Assembly: GCA_951406725.2 (NCBI GenBank)
Contig: OX597822.1
Location: forward strand, 78,120,001 to 78,184,000
Reading direction: 5' to 3'
Source: Octopus vulgaris
Lineage: Eukaryota
Length of the DNA stretch: 64,000 nucleotides
Positions 51,386 through 64,000 of this stretch are shown here, one piece after another. The notes beneath the pieces were generated by a model that worked only from the letters and a program-made list of their open reading frames with translations, was not told where the DNA came from and ran no database searches. Each line of letters begins with the position of its first letter. The first letter of the stretch is position 1. The position numbers were made by a program, and so were the translations under genes.

Positions 51386-51809
51386 TTATGATATGGTATA
51401 TACGGGTGGCACAGATGGAAACTCGCTGTGCAGAAATTAATTTCGTTTATTAATGGACGAATTCAAATCCTGCCTGCCAGCCACCCAGCTCCGATATTGC
51501 ATTTCATTATCATAGGTCTGCAAGGAATATTTACTAAATTCAATTCAATACACAACAGCTACAAATCATTATGCAGTAGAAATGTATACAGAATCTAGGG
51601 GTCACCAACTCATCGGGTTAGATTAAAAATAAGTATCGTAGGGAGCAGAAGCGATGCCGACTGCAATAGAAGTTTTCTCTTAGCTTTTAAAGTTTTCTCT
51701 ACAGATGTTCGATAGAAATTAGAGCCAACGTTTAAAGTCACGATATTTTGTATACGAATAGGTTTATGTAAGCAATACGATCAAGGATAGGTAATGAATG
51801 TAGTCTTTT

Positions 51810-52009
51810 ATTCTTTTATTTGTTTCAGTCATTTGGCTATGGCCATGCTGTAGCACCGCCTCTAGTCGAACGACTCATTCTTTGTAAGCTTAGTACTTGT
51901 TCTATCGGTTATTTTGGCCGAACCGCTGAGTTACGTGGACGTAAACACACCAGCATCGGATGTCAAGCGATGATGCTGGGAACAGGTACAGACAAACACA
52001 CACACACAT

Positions 52010-52075
<66 letters not shown>

Positions 52076-52212
52076 GACGGCCGTCTTTCAGCTTCCGTCT
52101 GCTAAATTCACTCACAAGGCTTTGGTCGGCTTGAGGCTATAATAGAAAACGCTTGCCCAAGGTGCCACGCAGTGGGACTGAACCCTGAACAATGTGGTTC
52201 GTAAGGAAGCTA
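51810..52212 (-). mobile_element. SINE family A
   Basis: Reverse complement of the family; aggtaatgaatgta flanks both sides (TSD-like). Confidence 0.85.
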
Positions 52213-53562
52213 TTTACCCACACAGCCACTCAGGTAATGAATGTATATGCATATTTCAGAAGTTGTTACTCCTTCCTCAGCATTACATCCAACTCCTTAA
52301 CCATCCACCATTATATAGCTTAAACAGCCACTAAATTTAGCGGTTCACTCTGTTGGATTTATCAGTTTTACATAATAAACACATTCCTGAGAACTGGTTC
52401 GTACATATTAATTACTGCTACATACACGAAGAACGATGTCCTTATCAGTAACTAATATGTTCTCCCTTAATATGTGGGACTGCTTTCAACTTTCAGGAGT
52501 TAAATATTGACCCAATACTTAGAATACCTCCGAGGTATGAAACACTATAACTACAGTGCTGGTAAGCTGTTACTTCCGTTTTTTATAACATTAACATTAC
52601 ACACCCTTCAAATATTATGAGCATCTGGACGTGTTTAAGGTTTATACAATATACAGAAGACATCCGTAATCTATTACAGAATAAATTAAACAAATACAAA
52701 TCAAATTGAACGGCAAGAGTAAAGAGGCAGATCTTACCTCATTTTTGTAGTATGTTAATAAGACGGGTACCTTTTATCGATTCCGAATGGATGAAAGGCA
52801 AAATTGTCCCCTAGTAATAATACTGTCTATTATAGGTGTAAGACCTGAAATTTGGAGGAAAGCACTTCACTTGTACTTTATTTTATCGTAATTATTTCAT
52901 TGAACCCCGAGGGATGGAAGGCAAAGTTAACCTCGACGGAACATAACAACAATCATTATTATTATTATTACTATTATTACTGCTACTATTATCTAACTCC
53001 AGTACTGGACTAGTACTTTAACAACTGCAACAAGAATAAAGACAAAGTTGACCAAGGTGGGATTGGAACTGAGGGCACATAGAACCGGAACAAATACGAA
53101 AAAGAAGAAAAAAGGGCATTGTATTCTAGGCTTCTAACGATTCCTCCAACTCGCCAAGTAGTAACCTACTTATAATTAGGTGGAGTGGGCACTTGAAAAC
53201 TAAGTGGTTTGGCCGTAGTAGACACAACAACATGTCACGTATGACAGGAAAGGAAACACCAGTCTTTTTCATATGATTATATAAAACTCCCATTCACTTT
53301 AGTCACATGCAACTCTCCGATCACAATGGTTGTCATGTTGCAACTTATAGAAATGCTACAGGAGACCTGACTTGGCGTAGATGTGTGGTAACGTTTGCTT
53401 CTCAACCACATGATTCCGGTTCAGTCCCACTACGTGGCACCTTGGATGAGTGTCTTCTACACAAGGCCTTGGTCGGGCCGACCGAAGCCTTGTTATTGGA
53501 TTTGGTAGACAGAAACTGAAAGAAGACTGTCGTATATAAATATATATATATATATATTCTAA

Positions 53563-54705
53563 CTAGCAAACGCACCCGTCCTTTGCACGGCTTAAGTTGC
53601 TTTGTTGATATTTTTTTCACCAAACAACTGAACTACCGAGAAGGTTTATGAGGAGCACAGCAATCTATGTTTCCGATTAACCAAGGAATAGAAAATCTAA
53701 ATGAAGACTGGTTTTTGTGGAGGTCGTTGTACTTTGATGATCACAGAACATATAAGTTTGCGAGTGATGCAAAATAGAGCTACTGAAGTGTTTTGAGAGT
53801 TAGATTAGGGATAATGACTACAAAATATAGTTGTTTTACATAAAAGCGAAATTTCTTATCAGAAACAGCCACACAAATTGTGTAAGGAAATTGAAGGAAC
53901 ACGTTGAAACCTCCCCTCTTGAGTTTATTTTATTCAACAGCAAAAGGAACTAATTTGTCGGAGAGATAAGCTAATAAAAGCCCCTTTATTCTGTCTTAGC
54001 CTACGCATAGACTAACAACGAATGCCGCATAAAGTTAATTTGGTATGAAGCTTTCTGAACGATAAGTAACTCAGAATAGGTAAATCCTATTTAACTGTTA
54101 TTTTTAGCACACCTCACAACCACCCCAATGTTCGATGACAAAAAGAAACAAGTAAATAAACATTTAAGCATTCAACATACATTTAATGCAAATACATTTA
54201 AGCAAATACATTTAAGCATTCAACATCATTTAATGCAAATGCGATGAACAATCGTTACATGCGATAAAAACATTACATTTTAAATATGTTTAACTACAAT
54301 TTAAATATGTTTAAAAAACAAACATTTAAGCAGCTAGCATCGCCAGTTCATGTTCCCACCACGTCTTTTCATACACATAACATGCCTCTTTTGGGTAATA
54401 TCACCCTTTTGTTGAAGGTACGATACAGTCTAATCCTCTGTTTTCAGTGTTTCCATAATAGAAGCGAAGTTACTGGAGTTTGCTGCCATCATAGCACAGA
54501 ACACGGATCACAGCGTCAAATTTGTCAACACGTGCTTCCTCGCAGATAAAAGACTTTTCAAAACTGTTACTATGGTGACAGGCAAAAGAGTTCTCATGCT
54601 CCGCTTCTTACTTTCGGAAAAGCCATGAATGTGTCTGTGACTTACGATTGGCTAAAATTACACAAACTTTCAAACTTAAATTACTAACAATTCTTTATTT
54701 ATTGA
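53563..54705 (-). mobile_element. Non-autonomous Helitron
   Basis: 3' hairpin CCGTGCAAAGGACGG plus CTAG|T at 53563; putative 5' A|TC at 54705. Confidence 0.6.
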
Positions 54706-54954
54706 TTGGCGGTGGCAGCGGTGGTGGTAGTGGTGGTGTCGGTACTGGTAGAAGCAGCAGCTGAATCAGTAGTAGTTGTAGTAGTGGTAATAGTAGTAGC
54801 AGCAGTAGCGGTTGTTGGTGTTGGTGTTGTTGGTGTTGTTTTTTGTTGTATTACTGTTATGCCCGTCGTAAAAGAATGAGTTAAAAAGATGATGCAAGAA
54901 TTTTAGAAAGGAAAACAATTTCAAGACTTTTTCACTTCCCATTGTCTACACCAC

Positions 54955-55015
<61 letters not shown>

Positions 55016-55017
<2 letters not shown>

Positions 55018-55410
55018 CGCAGGAGTGGCTGTGTGGTAAGTAGCTTGTTTACCAACCAGATGGTTCCGGGTTCGTGGCACCTTGGGCAAGTGTCTTCTAC
55101 TATAGTCTCGGGCCGACCAAAGCCTTGTGAGTGGATTTGGTAGATGAAACTGAAAGAAGCCCGTCGTATATATGTATATATATTTATATATATATGCGTG
55201 TGTGTGTTTGTGTGTCCGTGTTTGTCCCCCTAGCATTGCTTGACAACCGATGCTGGTGTGTTTATGTCCCCGTTACTTAGCGGTTCGGCAAAAGCGACCG
55301 ATAGAATAAGTACTGTGCTTACAAAAGAATAAGTCCCGGGGTCGAGTTGCTCGATTAAAGTCGGTGCTCCAGCATGGCCGCAGTCAAATGACTGAAACAA
55401 GTAAAAGAGT
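55016..55410 (+). mobile_element. SINE family A, full length
   Basis: Matches 18320-18710. Confidence 0.9.
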
Positions 55411-55944
55411 CAAGAGAGATATACAATATATATAGAAGCATTCACGCAGAAATCTCAATTCCTTGAATCTGTTTTCTCCAAAAACTGACATCAGCTCACC
55501 CCTACAACAACAACAACCGAAACACCAGCAGCAACGATAGCAGCAGCAACAACAACAACAGTAACCTCATCAGCAACAGCAACAACACTCCGAAGAAATA
55601 GACGACTACCAATAACAACAACAACAACAATAACATCATCAACAACAGCAATAACAACAACAACTATAACATCAACAAATGCGTATTTGGTTAAGTATTT
55701 ATCGATAAATGACCAAATCCTTTCGCGGCACTATTTGCCATATTCTTTGGTTTGATGTCCACAGCTACGTTCGCATGATTCATGATTCAGTATTGAACTG
55801 TCTCGGATTGATCTATTTATGTGGACATGTGTGTGTGTGGACATGTGCGTGTCTGTTTTTGCATGTGCGCGTGCGTGTATGTGTGCATGTATGTATATCA
55901 CAAATATGTATGATGTGTGCGTTCTGTATTAGAATACGATAGGT

Positions 55945-56002
<58 letters not shown>

Positions 56003-56513
56003 GTATGAATATAGATATGTATGTATATATGTACGTGAGATGTATATAAGTGCATGTATATGTTTGAGTGTACGCGTGTATTTACGACAGTGTGTGTGTG
56101 TGTGTGTGTTGGTGTGAATAAACATAACTTATGTCTTCTGTATAGAAATATGTCTGGTGTACGCATGCATGCATGTACGCATATATATATGTATATACGT
56201 ATATATATACGTATGTAAGGGTGCATACAAATGCATTCATATGTGTGCATGTGTGTTTATGTGTGTGTGTGTATGCGTGTGTGTGTGTGCTATGCATGTA
56301 TGTATATGGATCTGCCTGCACTTGCGTGTCAGAGCATGTGTATATTTTGCATGATAAGGAGCGCTGCATGGAAAGAGGTGGAAAGATTGGGCGCGTTTAT
56401 CAGATATCGGTTCCATGTGTGGACTTAATCTTCGTAATCCCGTATACTTAATGGTAAGCAGATCAATAAACATTACATGCGTAATTATATATTCATATTC
56501 ATATACATACATG

Positions 56514-56548
<35 letters not shown>

Positions 56549-56574
56549 GCAGGCAGACAGACAGACAGACAGAC

Positions 56575-56642
<68 letters not shown>

Positions 56643-57476
56643 GCATACATACATAGATGTGTATGTATATATATATGTTGATATATATCTATTTATATAT
56701 ATATATATGTACGTGTGTGCATATGTGCGTGAATGTATGTGTGCGTGTTTGTGTATGCGTAGATATCGGTATATACGTATATATATATATATATATATGT
56801 GTGTATTTATATATTTACACACACACACACATATACATATATATACACATATATATACACATATATATACATATATATATACATATACATATATATACAT
56901 ATATATATATATACATATACATATACATATACATATTTATGTGTGTGTGAGAGAGAGAAACTACTTATATCATATATTACATACATGTAGAATCATATAT
57001 GTACATGTGTATGTATGTATGTATGTATGTATGTATGTATGTATGTATATGTATGTGAATTCGTGTGTATATACACATATACATATATATATACATACAC
57101 AAACACATACGCACACTCATATTTATGAGTGTGTATGTGCCTATATATGTATGTATATGTATCTACATGCATATATATGTATGCATATATATATGTATGT
57201 ATACATGTATGTATGTGTGTATATATTTATATATGTACATGAGTGTATGAATTGATATATGCTGCATATATAACATTATACATAGCAAGATATTTCTATA
57301 TATCATAAGTAAGCAGTCTTTCTCTGCTTATTAAATATGAATCTTGGGTTCTCCGTCTTCCATTTTCTCTAAAACCACTTATTTCAGCTAAAACTACACA
57401 CACACGCACGCGCGTAGGAATGTACATATACACGTAGACACACACACGCGCATACGCACACACATATACAAAGACA

Positions 57477-57514
<38 letters not shown>

Positions 57515-57636
57515 GACACTCACGCACATGATATATGTTTGTGTACAAGTAAATGTACGCCGGCATGTTTCTAATTGAATGTGTGTGTTGCGTGTATGTG
57601 TATAAGTATGTATGCATATATATACATATATGCATG

Positions 57637-57686
<50 letters not shown>

Positions 57687-57753
57687 ATATATATATATAT
57701 ATTATATATATATGTGTGTGTGTGTACGTATATGTATGTATATATATATATAT

Positions 57754-57767
57754 ATAGTAATTATTTA

Positions 57768-57825
<58 letters not shown>

Positions 57826-57839
57826 TAAATAATTACTAT
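57754..57839. repeat. Perfect palindrome centred on (TA)n
   Basis: ATAGTAATTATTTATATATGTA-(TA)n-TACATATATAAATAATTACTAT. Confidence 0.85.
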
Positions 57840-58215
57840 TCGATCCTAGGAAAAAACAACTTTCTTCAAAGGGACAGAAAACATCCAATTTTCACTAGTT
57901 CTTCACTTAAATACCACAATACAGTAGCGAGAAAATAAGAATTTAAAATGGTATAATTTCAATAAATAAATATCAAAGGAAACAGAGAAATACAATTGAC
58001 ATATTATACATATATTAACATTATAACGTAATATAATTGTGCTATAAAAAGATATAATATAATATAATATAATATAATATAATATAATGTAATATAACAA
58101 ATAATTAAAACAAATGTATATCATACAATTTGTGTCGATTCATATCCACTAGCAAATTTATAAAAAATTCACGTTTAAGTATATGAAGCTTGTCAGGGTA
58201 ATATTTGTCTAAAAT

Positions 58216-58244
<29 letters not shown>

Positions 58245-58246
<2 letters not shown>

Positions 58247-58610
58247 TCTTTTATTCGTTTCAGTCATTTGACTGTAGCCGTGCTGGAACACCGCCTTTAG
58301 TCGGACAAATCGACCGCAGGACTTACTTTTTGTAAGCATACTTATTCTATCGGTCACTTTGGCCGAACCGCTAAGTTACGGTGACGTAAACATACCAACA
58401 TCGGTTGACAAGCGATTGTGGGGGGGACACAGACACATAAACACACACGCATATATATATATATATATATATGTATGTACGACATGCTTGTTTCAGTTTC
58501 CGTCTACCAAATTCACTTACAAGGCTTTGGTCGACCCAAGGCTATAGTAGAAGACACTTGCCCAAGGTGCCAGGTTCCTATGGTTGGCAAGCAAGCCACT
58601 CCTGCCCCAT
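58245..58610 (-). mobile_element. SINE family A
   Basis: Reverse complement of the family. Confidence 0.8.
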
Positions 58611-58614
58611 TTAA

Positions 58615-59476
58615 AATAAGGTAGTCAAAATGTTGGATGATTATATATATATATTTATTTACATTTTATTTACATTTTTCAGCACTTACGGAACGCACGC
58701 ATCCATTTCTAAGTAAGATTGTTCTTGATATTAATAATGATGCGCACTCTTGACCTTTCTGTCCCCTCCCTTTCTCAGCCTTCATTCTTTCTGGTTTCCT
58801 TTTCTTCTAACTTACTGTCTCTCCCTCTCTCTCATTCTACATTCTTTCTGGTTTCCTCACAACCACTCCCTTTTTTTCTCTCCCTTTCTCTTGCTCCTCC
58901 TCCTCCCTCTCGTCGTTGACCCGCGACGAGAGCTCTGCTACTGTCTTTCTGGCCTGACTTCCTTGAAGTGTGGACGGCATTTTCTGTTGCTTCTTCGCCG
59001 TTCACAAAAATAGCGTTCGTAATACTTTTTTCTCGGTCGGCTTAACAGCCCTTCTTGTCTTGTTATTCTCCTTGTCCTGTCTTTTACTGTTTATATATTG
59101 TACTGTCGTTACTGTCCTGTTTTTGTTACCATTTTTACCCCTCCGCAAAAAGATCTCAAATTTTATTTAATTTGCTTTTCGCGGGAAGGAAAGTTTCTAT
59201 CGAAGATGCGTATCGCCTTCACCTTCAAAACGCAGAGTAGATGAAACCATGGCGACTGAAGAAGGGGAATTTTCCTTGTGTTATTTGTCCTGTACTCTAT
59301 TTTTTGTTGTTTAAGAAAAATGTCCAGTTCCTTGGTTTTGTGTTTATGTTTTCGTTTCTCATTGTGTTCGACGTTTATTTTTGTGTGTGTCCTGTACCCA
59401 TATATGCGTGTATATATACATGTAGAGGTAGGTACGTACATATATGTATGTATATATGCATATGTTTTATTTATTA

Positions 59477-59535
<59 letters not shown>

Positions 59536-59690
59536 AATATGTTACATTACTCGGTAGTCAAGATAAAACTCAGAGTTTTATCTTGACTACCGAGTAATGT
59601 AACATATTATTGTATAAATAAATTTCCTCTATTTACATAATATTGAGGTCTCTTTCTTTCTTTTGTTATCTTACCGTTTTATCAATATAT

Positions 59691-59725
<35 letters not shown>

Positions 59726-59957
59726 AACAAGACCTGGAAATGCAATTAAAATTTTTACTGAAGAAAGTCAAAAGCAAAATTTGTTCTTCTTGTTTTTCCC
59801 TTGCTTGGTAAACCCCACAAAATTCTTTATATATAAAAAGGCCAAAAACTTTATACCACTTTTTGATAAATCCGATAACGGAAGAAAGCGCTGAAAATGT
59901 AAATAAAATGTAAATAAAAATATATATATAATTATCCAACGTTCTAACTACCTTATT
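58615..59957. mobile_element. Composite Penelope-like region bounded by inverted repeats of about 70 bp
   Basis: Arms 58615-58687 and 59886-59957; internal copy of the 24.4-24.7 kb family; internal hairpin at 59529-59615. Confidence 0.45.
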
Positions 59958-60012
59958 ATTCTAAATATACAATATCTGTACATCACTTCAAAAACTTTCT
60001 CACCCCTCTCTT

Positions 60013-60078
<66 letters not shown>

Positions 60079-60139
60079 AAGGAAGAACGAGTATCTCAAG
60101 TCATTTAGAATAATTTAATTAGGGTAAGGTGAATTTGAA

Positions 60140-60215
60140 GTCTTACAGCTGTTTCTAGGATAGCCCAAGCGGTAGGTTAAGATGCCCACGCACTGGGTAT
60201 TCCGTCATCAGAGAC
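60140..60215 (-). ncRNA. Type I hammerhead ribozyme motif with a long stem II
   Basis: GTCT-CTGATGA-cGGAATACCCAgtGCG...CGCtTGGGcTATCCta-GAAA-CAGCTG-TA-AGAC; palindromic stem III ACAGCTGT, GUA site. Confidence 0.7.
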
Positions 60216-60617
60216 AAGGTATGAATATTTTAGACGGAGAAAATTTAGTTTACAAGGAATATGGATGTTTGTCGATACTTCCATGAAGGAACGGGTTCTT
60301 AGTTAAAATCCTAGGTAAATCCAGGGCTGTATGTTGGCTGTATTTAGAATGATGTATTCATATTGTAATTGTGTATATAGAACGAGAACTTAAAATAGAC
60401 ATAAATGGATTGGAAAGTGGATTATGTACTCTAACTATGAAATCATACGAATTGTGGCTGAATCGGTTTTCAAGAGACGATTTCCAGGTTGCATTCCCTC
60501 GCTATCGGTACACAGTATATTTATTATAGTAGTTTTTGACTTTAAGAGTCCCTCGTAACGTAGGGCATTTACGTGCAGTAATGCCCTTAATATAATAATA
60601 CATATATATATATATAC

Positions 60618-60727
<110 letters not shown>

Positions 60728-61438
60728 AGGGTAAATAATTTCTATAAAGGTTTTTAAAAAAACCACAATTATTTACTGGTAGAATTCGGTATGTAAATAT
60801 AGCCGATTACCGGCAGGAACTTCTGTAAAGTTCAGTATATATATTGTATATAAGAAAAAGGGACAGGCAACAGGTTGCTTGACCGCATACCGAAAAAATA
60901 GAAATAGCAGTCAAGAATGCTTATTTCTATCAAAGTGGGACTCCGGGCACGACAAACCCTGTAATTCACATATGCAAAACAGAAGGAATAGATATCGAAA
61001 ACGAAGTCTGGTGGTTATCTGTGAACATCATGTTTCTGGATTATAAACATATTGAATATATATTTCATATATATTTTTGATATATATTTCATATACATTG
61101 CATATATATTTCACATCCTTCTTCAGCACAGCTTTCCATTGAAATAGATTTATCATAGATTTATCAAATGCTACGTACCTCAAACCTTCTGACCATGCGA
61201 CATCAAAATATTTGAAGAAAGCGAGCAAAGGCTAAACCTACATAGACGTTTGAATTCGTAAATCTTCCCTCCAAAATTTTGCCATGCGCATTACAAAAAT
61301 AGTTCCATAGGAGTAGGAACTATTGGGTTGTCGTAAGGGAGTGAAAAATCCAATTAGTAATATAATAATAAGGGTAAATAATTTCTATAAAGGTTTTTCG
61401 GTATGCGGTCAAGCAACCTGTTGCCTGTCCCTTTTTCT

Positions 61439-61529
<91 letters not shown>

Positions 61530-62273
61530 TTTACTGTTCCCTTAAAGTACAATCAACAAGGAAAAGATTTCCCCCAGTGAGAGATAAATAGCATTTAATG
61601 CACACAGTATTTAAACGAGAGCTACTAATGGTTATTTCCCATGGAAACACTATAATTAGGCAGATTGTATTCTGTATCTACAAGCAATCTTCTGGCTCAG
61701 GGCACGTGGTTGTATATATATGTATACATGTGTGTGTGTGCGTGTATAGACAAATGTGTATGTATACTATACATATACACACAGATGCATATACACACAC
61801 ACACACACACACACAGCCATGCGGTTACAAATAAGCAGCAATCTCGCTTCTTCAAAAATACTTACTTTAAACCAATAAATTTTTCTAATGACTTTATTTG
61901 ATGTTGCTACTCTCCTATAATCGGAGTTAAGAAAACTCATGCTTGTTCATATGACATCTGCCAGGCAAGGGTCGGGCACACCTATTGCATTTCGAGATAT
62001 ATATAGCGAAAATCCTATCTCCAACATATACGGTGAGTGGAGGGGCATATAGACATAACATTCTTGCGTAAATATATACATGTATATATGCATACTTATA
62101 TACATGCAGAGGTTGATGCTTCCGCACATGCATTCTTCTGCGCATACATATATACGTAGATACAATAAATGCATGCATTCATGTAAATGTGCATTCATAT
62201 CTACATGCAAACATTCATGCATAGATGCTTAAACATGTGCACACACATACATATATATATGTATACATATATA

Positions 62274-62318
<45 letters not shown>

Positions 62319-62549
62319 ATATACATATATATATATATATGTATATATATTCATGTATTCACATAATATACTCAAAAACATACAGGCATGTATACGAGCA
62401 TACATGCATGAACGCATACATTGATACATGAAATACGTGCTGAACAGACATAACCTGTGCATGCATACATACACACATACAAGAATACGTACATACATAC
62501 ATACATATATGCATGCATTCATCTAAATATACGTAACATACGTATACAT

Positions 62550-62581
<32 letters not shown>

Positions 62582-62586
<5 letters not shown>

Positions 62587-62709
62587 GTGCGCGTATACAC
62601 GCGCGCGAACACACACACATGTATGCACGTATGTTTATATATATATATATATATAAACATACGTGCATACATGTGTGTGTGTTCGCGCGCGTGTATACGC
62701 GCACATGTA
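62582..62709. repeat. 128-bp perfect palindrome centred on (TA)n
   Basis: Exact reverse-complement arms of about 55 bp; preceded by another (TA)n. Confidence 0.92.
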
Positions 62710-63436
62710 ATGCACATTATATGCATTATAACCACGATTTTGCATCTTTACTTTCTACTTCCTCTACTTTCTGGTGAAGACTTTTTTCGTGTTTTCTGTC
62801 TGAAACATCTACTTTCGTTTTCTTGCATATACATTTTTTTTTATATAAATATATTTCATAGATTTTGTCAGTATCTTAATGGCATATAGCTAAGTTACAA
62901 GACAGCGATAGTCGGTCTGCAATGAGTCAAAATGACAGCTGGTCTTAACTAAAAGCTTTCAATCATGTCGTAGTACTTTAGTCGACTTCAACAAATATCA
63001 AAACATTTTCCGTTAGTCAATCGCTCGGTCAGCTGGTTGGGGTGGACGGTTGGGTAGCTGGCTGGCTGGTTTATTGGTCAGTTCCTTTAGAACGTCTGCT
63101 TTACTTTCTTTTATTTCCTCTTTCTCTCTGCATGTGTGTGTATATGTAAATATATATATGTATATGTAAATGTGTATATATATACACACACACATATATA
63201 TATATATAATATTCACGCGCCCTTTTTTGTCGTTCCTCGTTCAATCCCCTATTGATCTCAGATTTATTCATGTTTACCTGCCAACCTTACTCTCCATACT
63301 CCCCCACCCCCATCTGCCTGACTATAAGTAATTATCCTTCCATCTAACTATATATCTGTCTATCTATCAATCCATCTACGCACAGAGATATACAAACGCA
63401 CGCACATACATTCACGTACACAAACACACTCTCTGT

Positions 63437-63484
<48 letters not shown>

Positions 63485-63587
63485 GACAGAGAAAGAAAGA
63501 GAGAGGTAATTGTTAGACAGATATGTACAATCGCATATACAGACATTAACACACATATGTATGCATATATATATGTGTGTGTATACC

Positions 63588-63619
<32 letters not shown>

Positions 63620-63813
63620 TGTCCTGTACTCTATTTTTTCGTTGTTTAAGAAAAATGTCCATTTCCTTGGTTTTGTGGTTATGTTTTCGTTTCTCATTGT
63701 GTTCGACGTTTTTTTTTTTTGGTGTCCTGTACCCATATATGCATGTATATATACATGTAGAGGTAGGTACGTACATATATGTATATATATATGCATATGT
63801 CTTATTTATTTAT

Positions 63814-63882
<69 letters not shown>

Positions 63883-63891
63883 TATTATGTA

Positions 63892-63953
<62 letters not shown>

Positions 63954-64000
63954 TATCTATCTTCTTATCTTTCCAGCTTCCCGTCTATTTCTGTTATTTT

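Noticed and set aside
54710-55680. Complementary trinucleotide-rich tracts flanking a SINE
   Set aside because: Low-complexity (TTG/TAG) and (CAA/CAG) runs without specific alignment; not true inverted repeats.

Overview
AT-rich, repeat-saturated animal DNA, most likely from an octopus or other cephalopod. This is inferred from very dense (TA)n/(CA)n/(TACA)n/(GATA)n microsatellites and three abundant tRNA-derived SINE families. I found no intact host protein-coding gene. Almost all listed ORFs are microsatellite translations or decayed transposon fragments: Helitron Rep/Pif1, Tc1, mariner, maT/DD37D, RTE and CR1-like LINEs, and Penelope-like remnants. hAT-, piggyBac- and Tigger-type MITEs are also present. 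Main observations: (1) a 360-bp-period, highly structured repeat at 7214-7688 carrying a type I hammerhead motif, resembling a non-LTR retrozyme; (2) further minimal hammerhead motifs with palindromic stem III at 38.5 kb and 60.2 kb, plus decayed copies; (3) a recurring X-(TA)n-X'-(TA)n fold-back palindrome signature; (4) modular, multimeric SINEs; (5) a possible minus-strand gene 5' end with a spliced 35-aa sORF at 28-29 kb. All family calls come from reading motifs by eye, and boundaries of decayed repeats are approximate.
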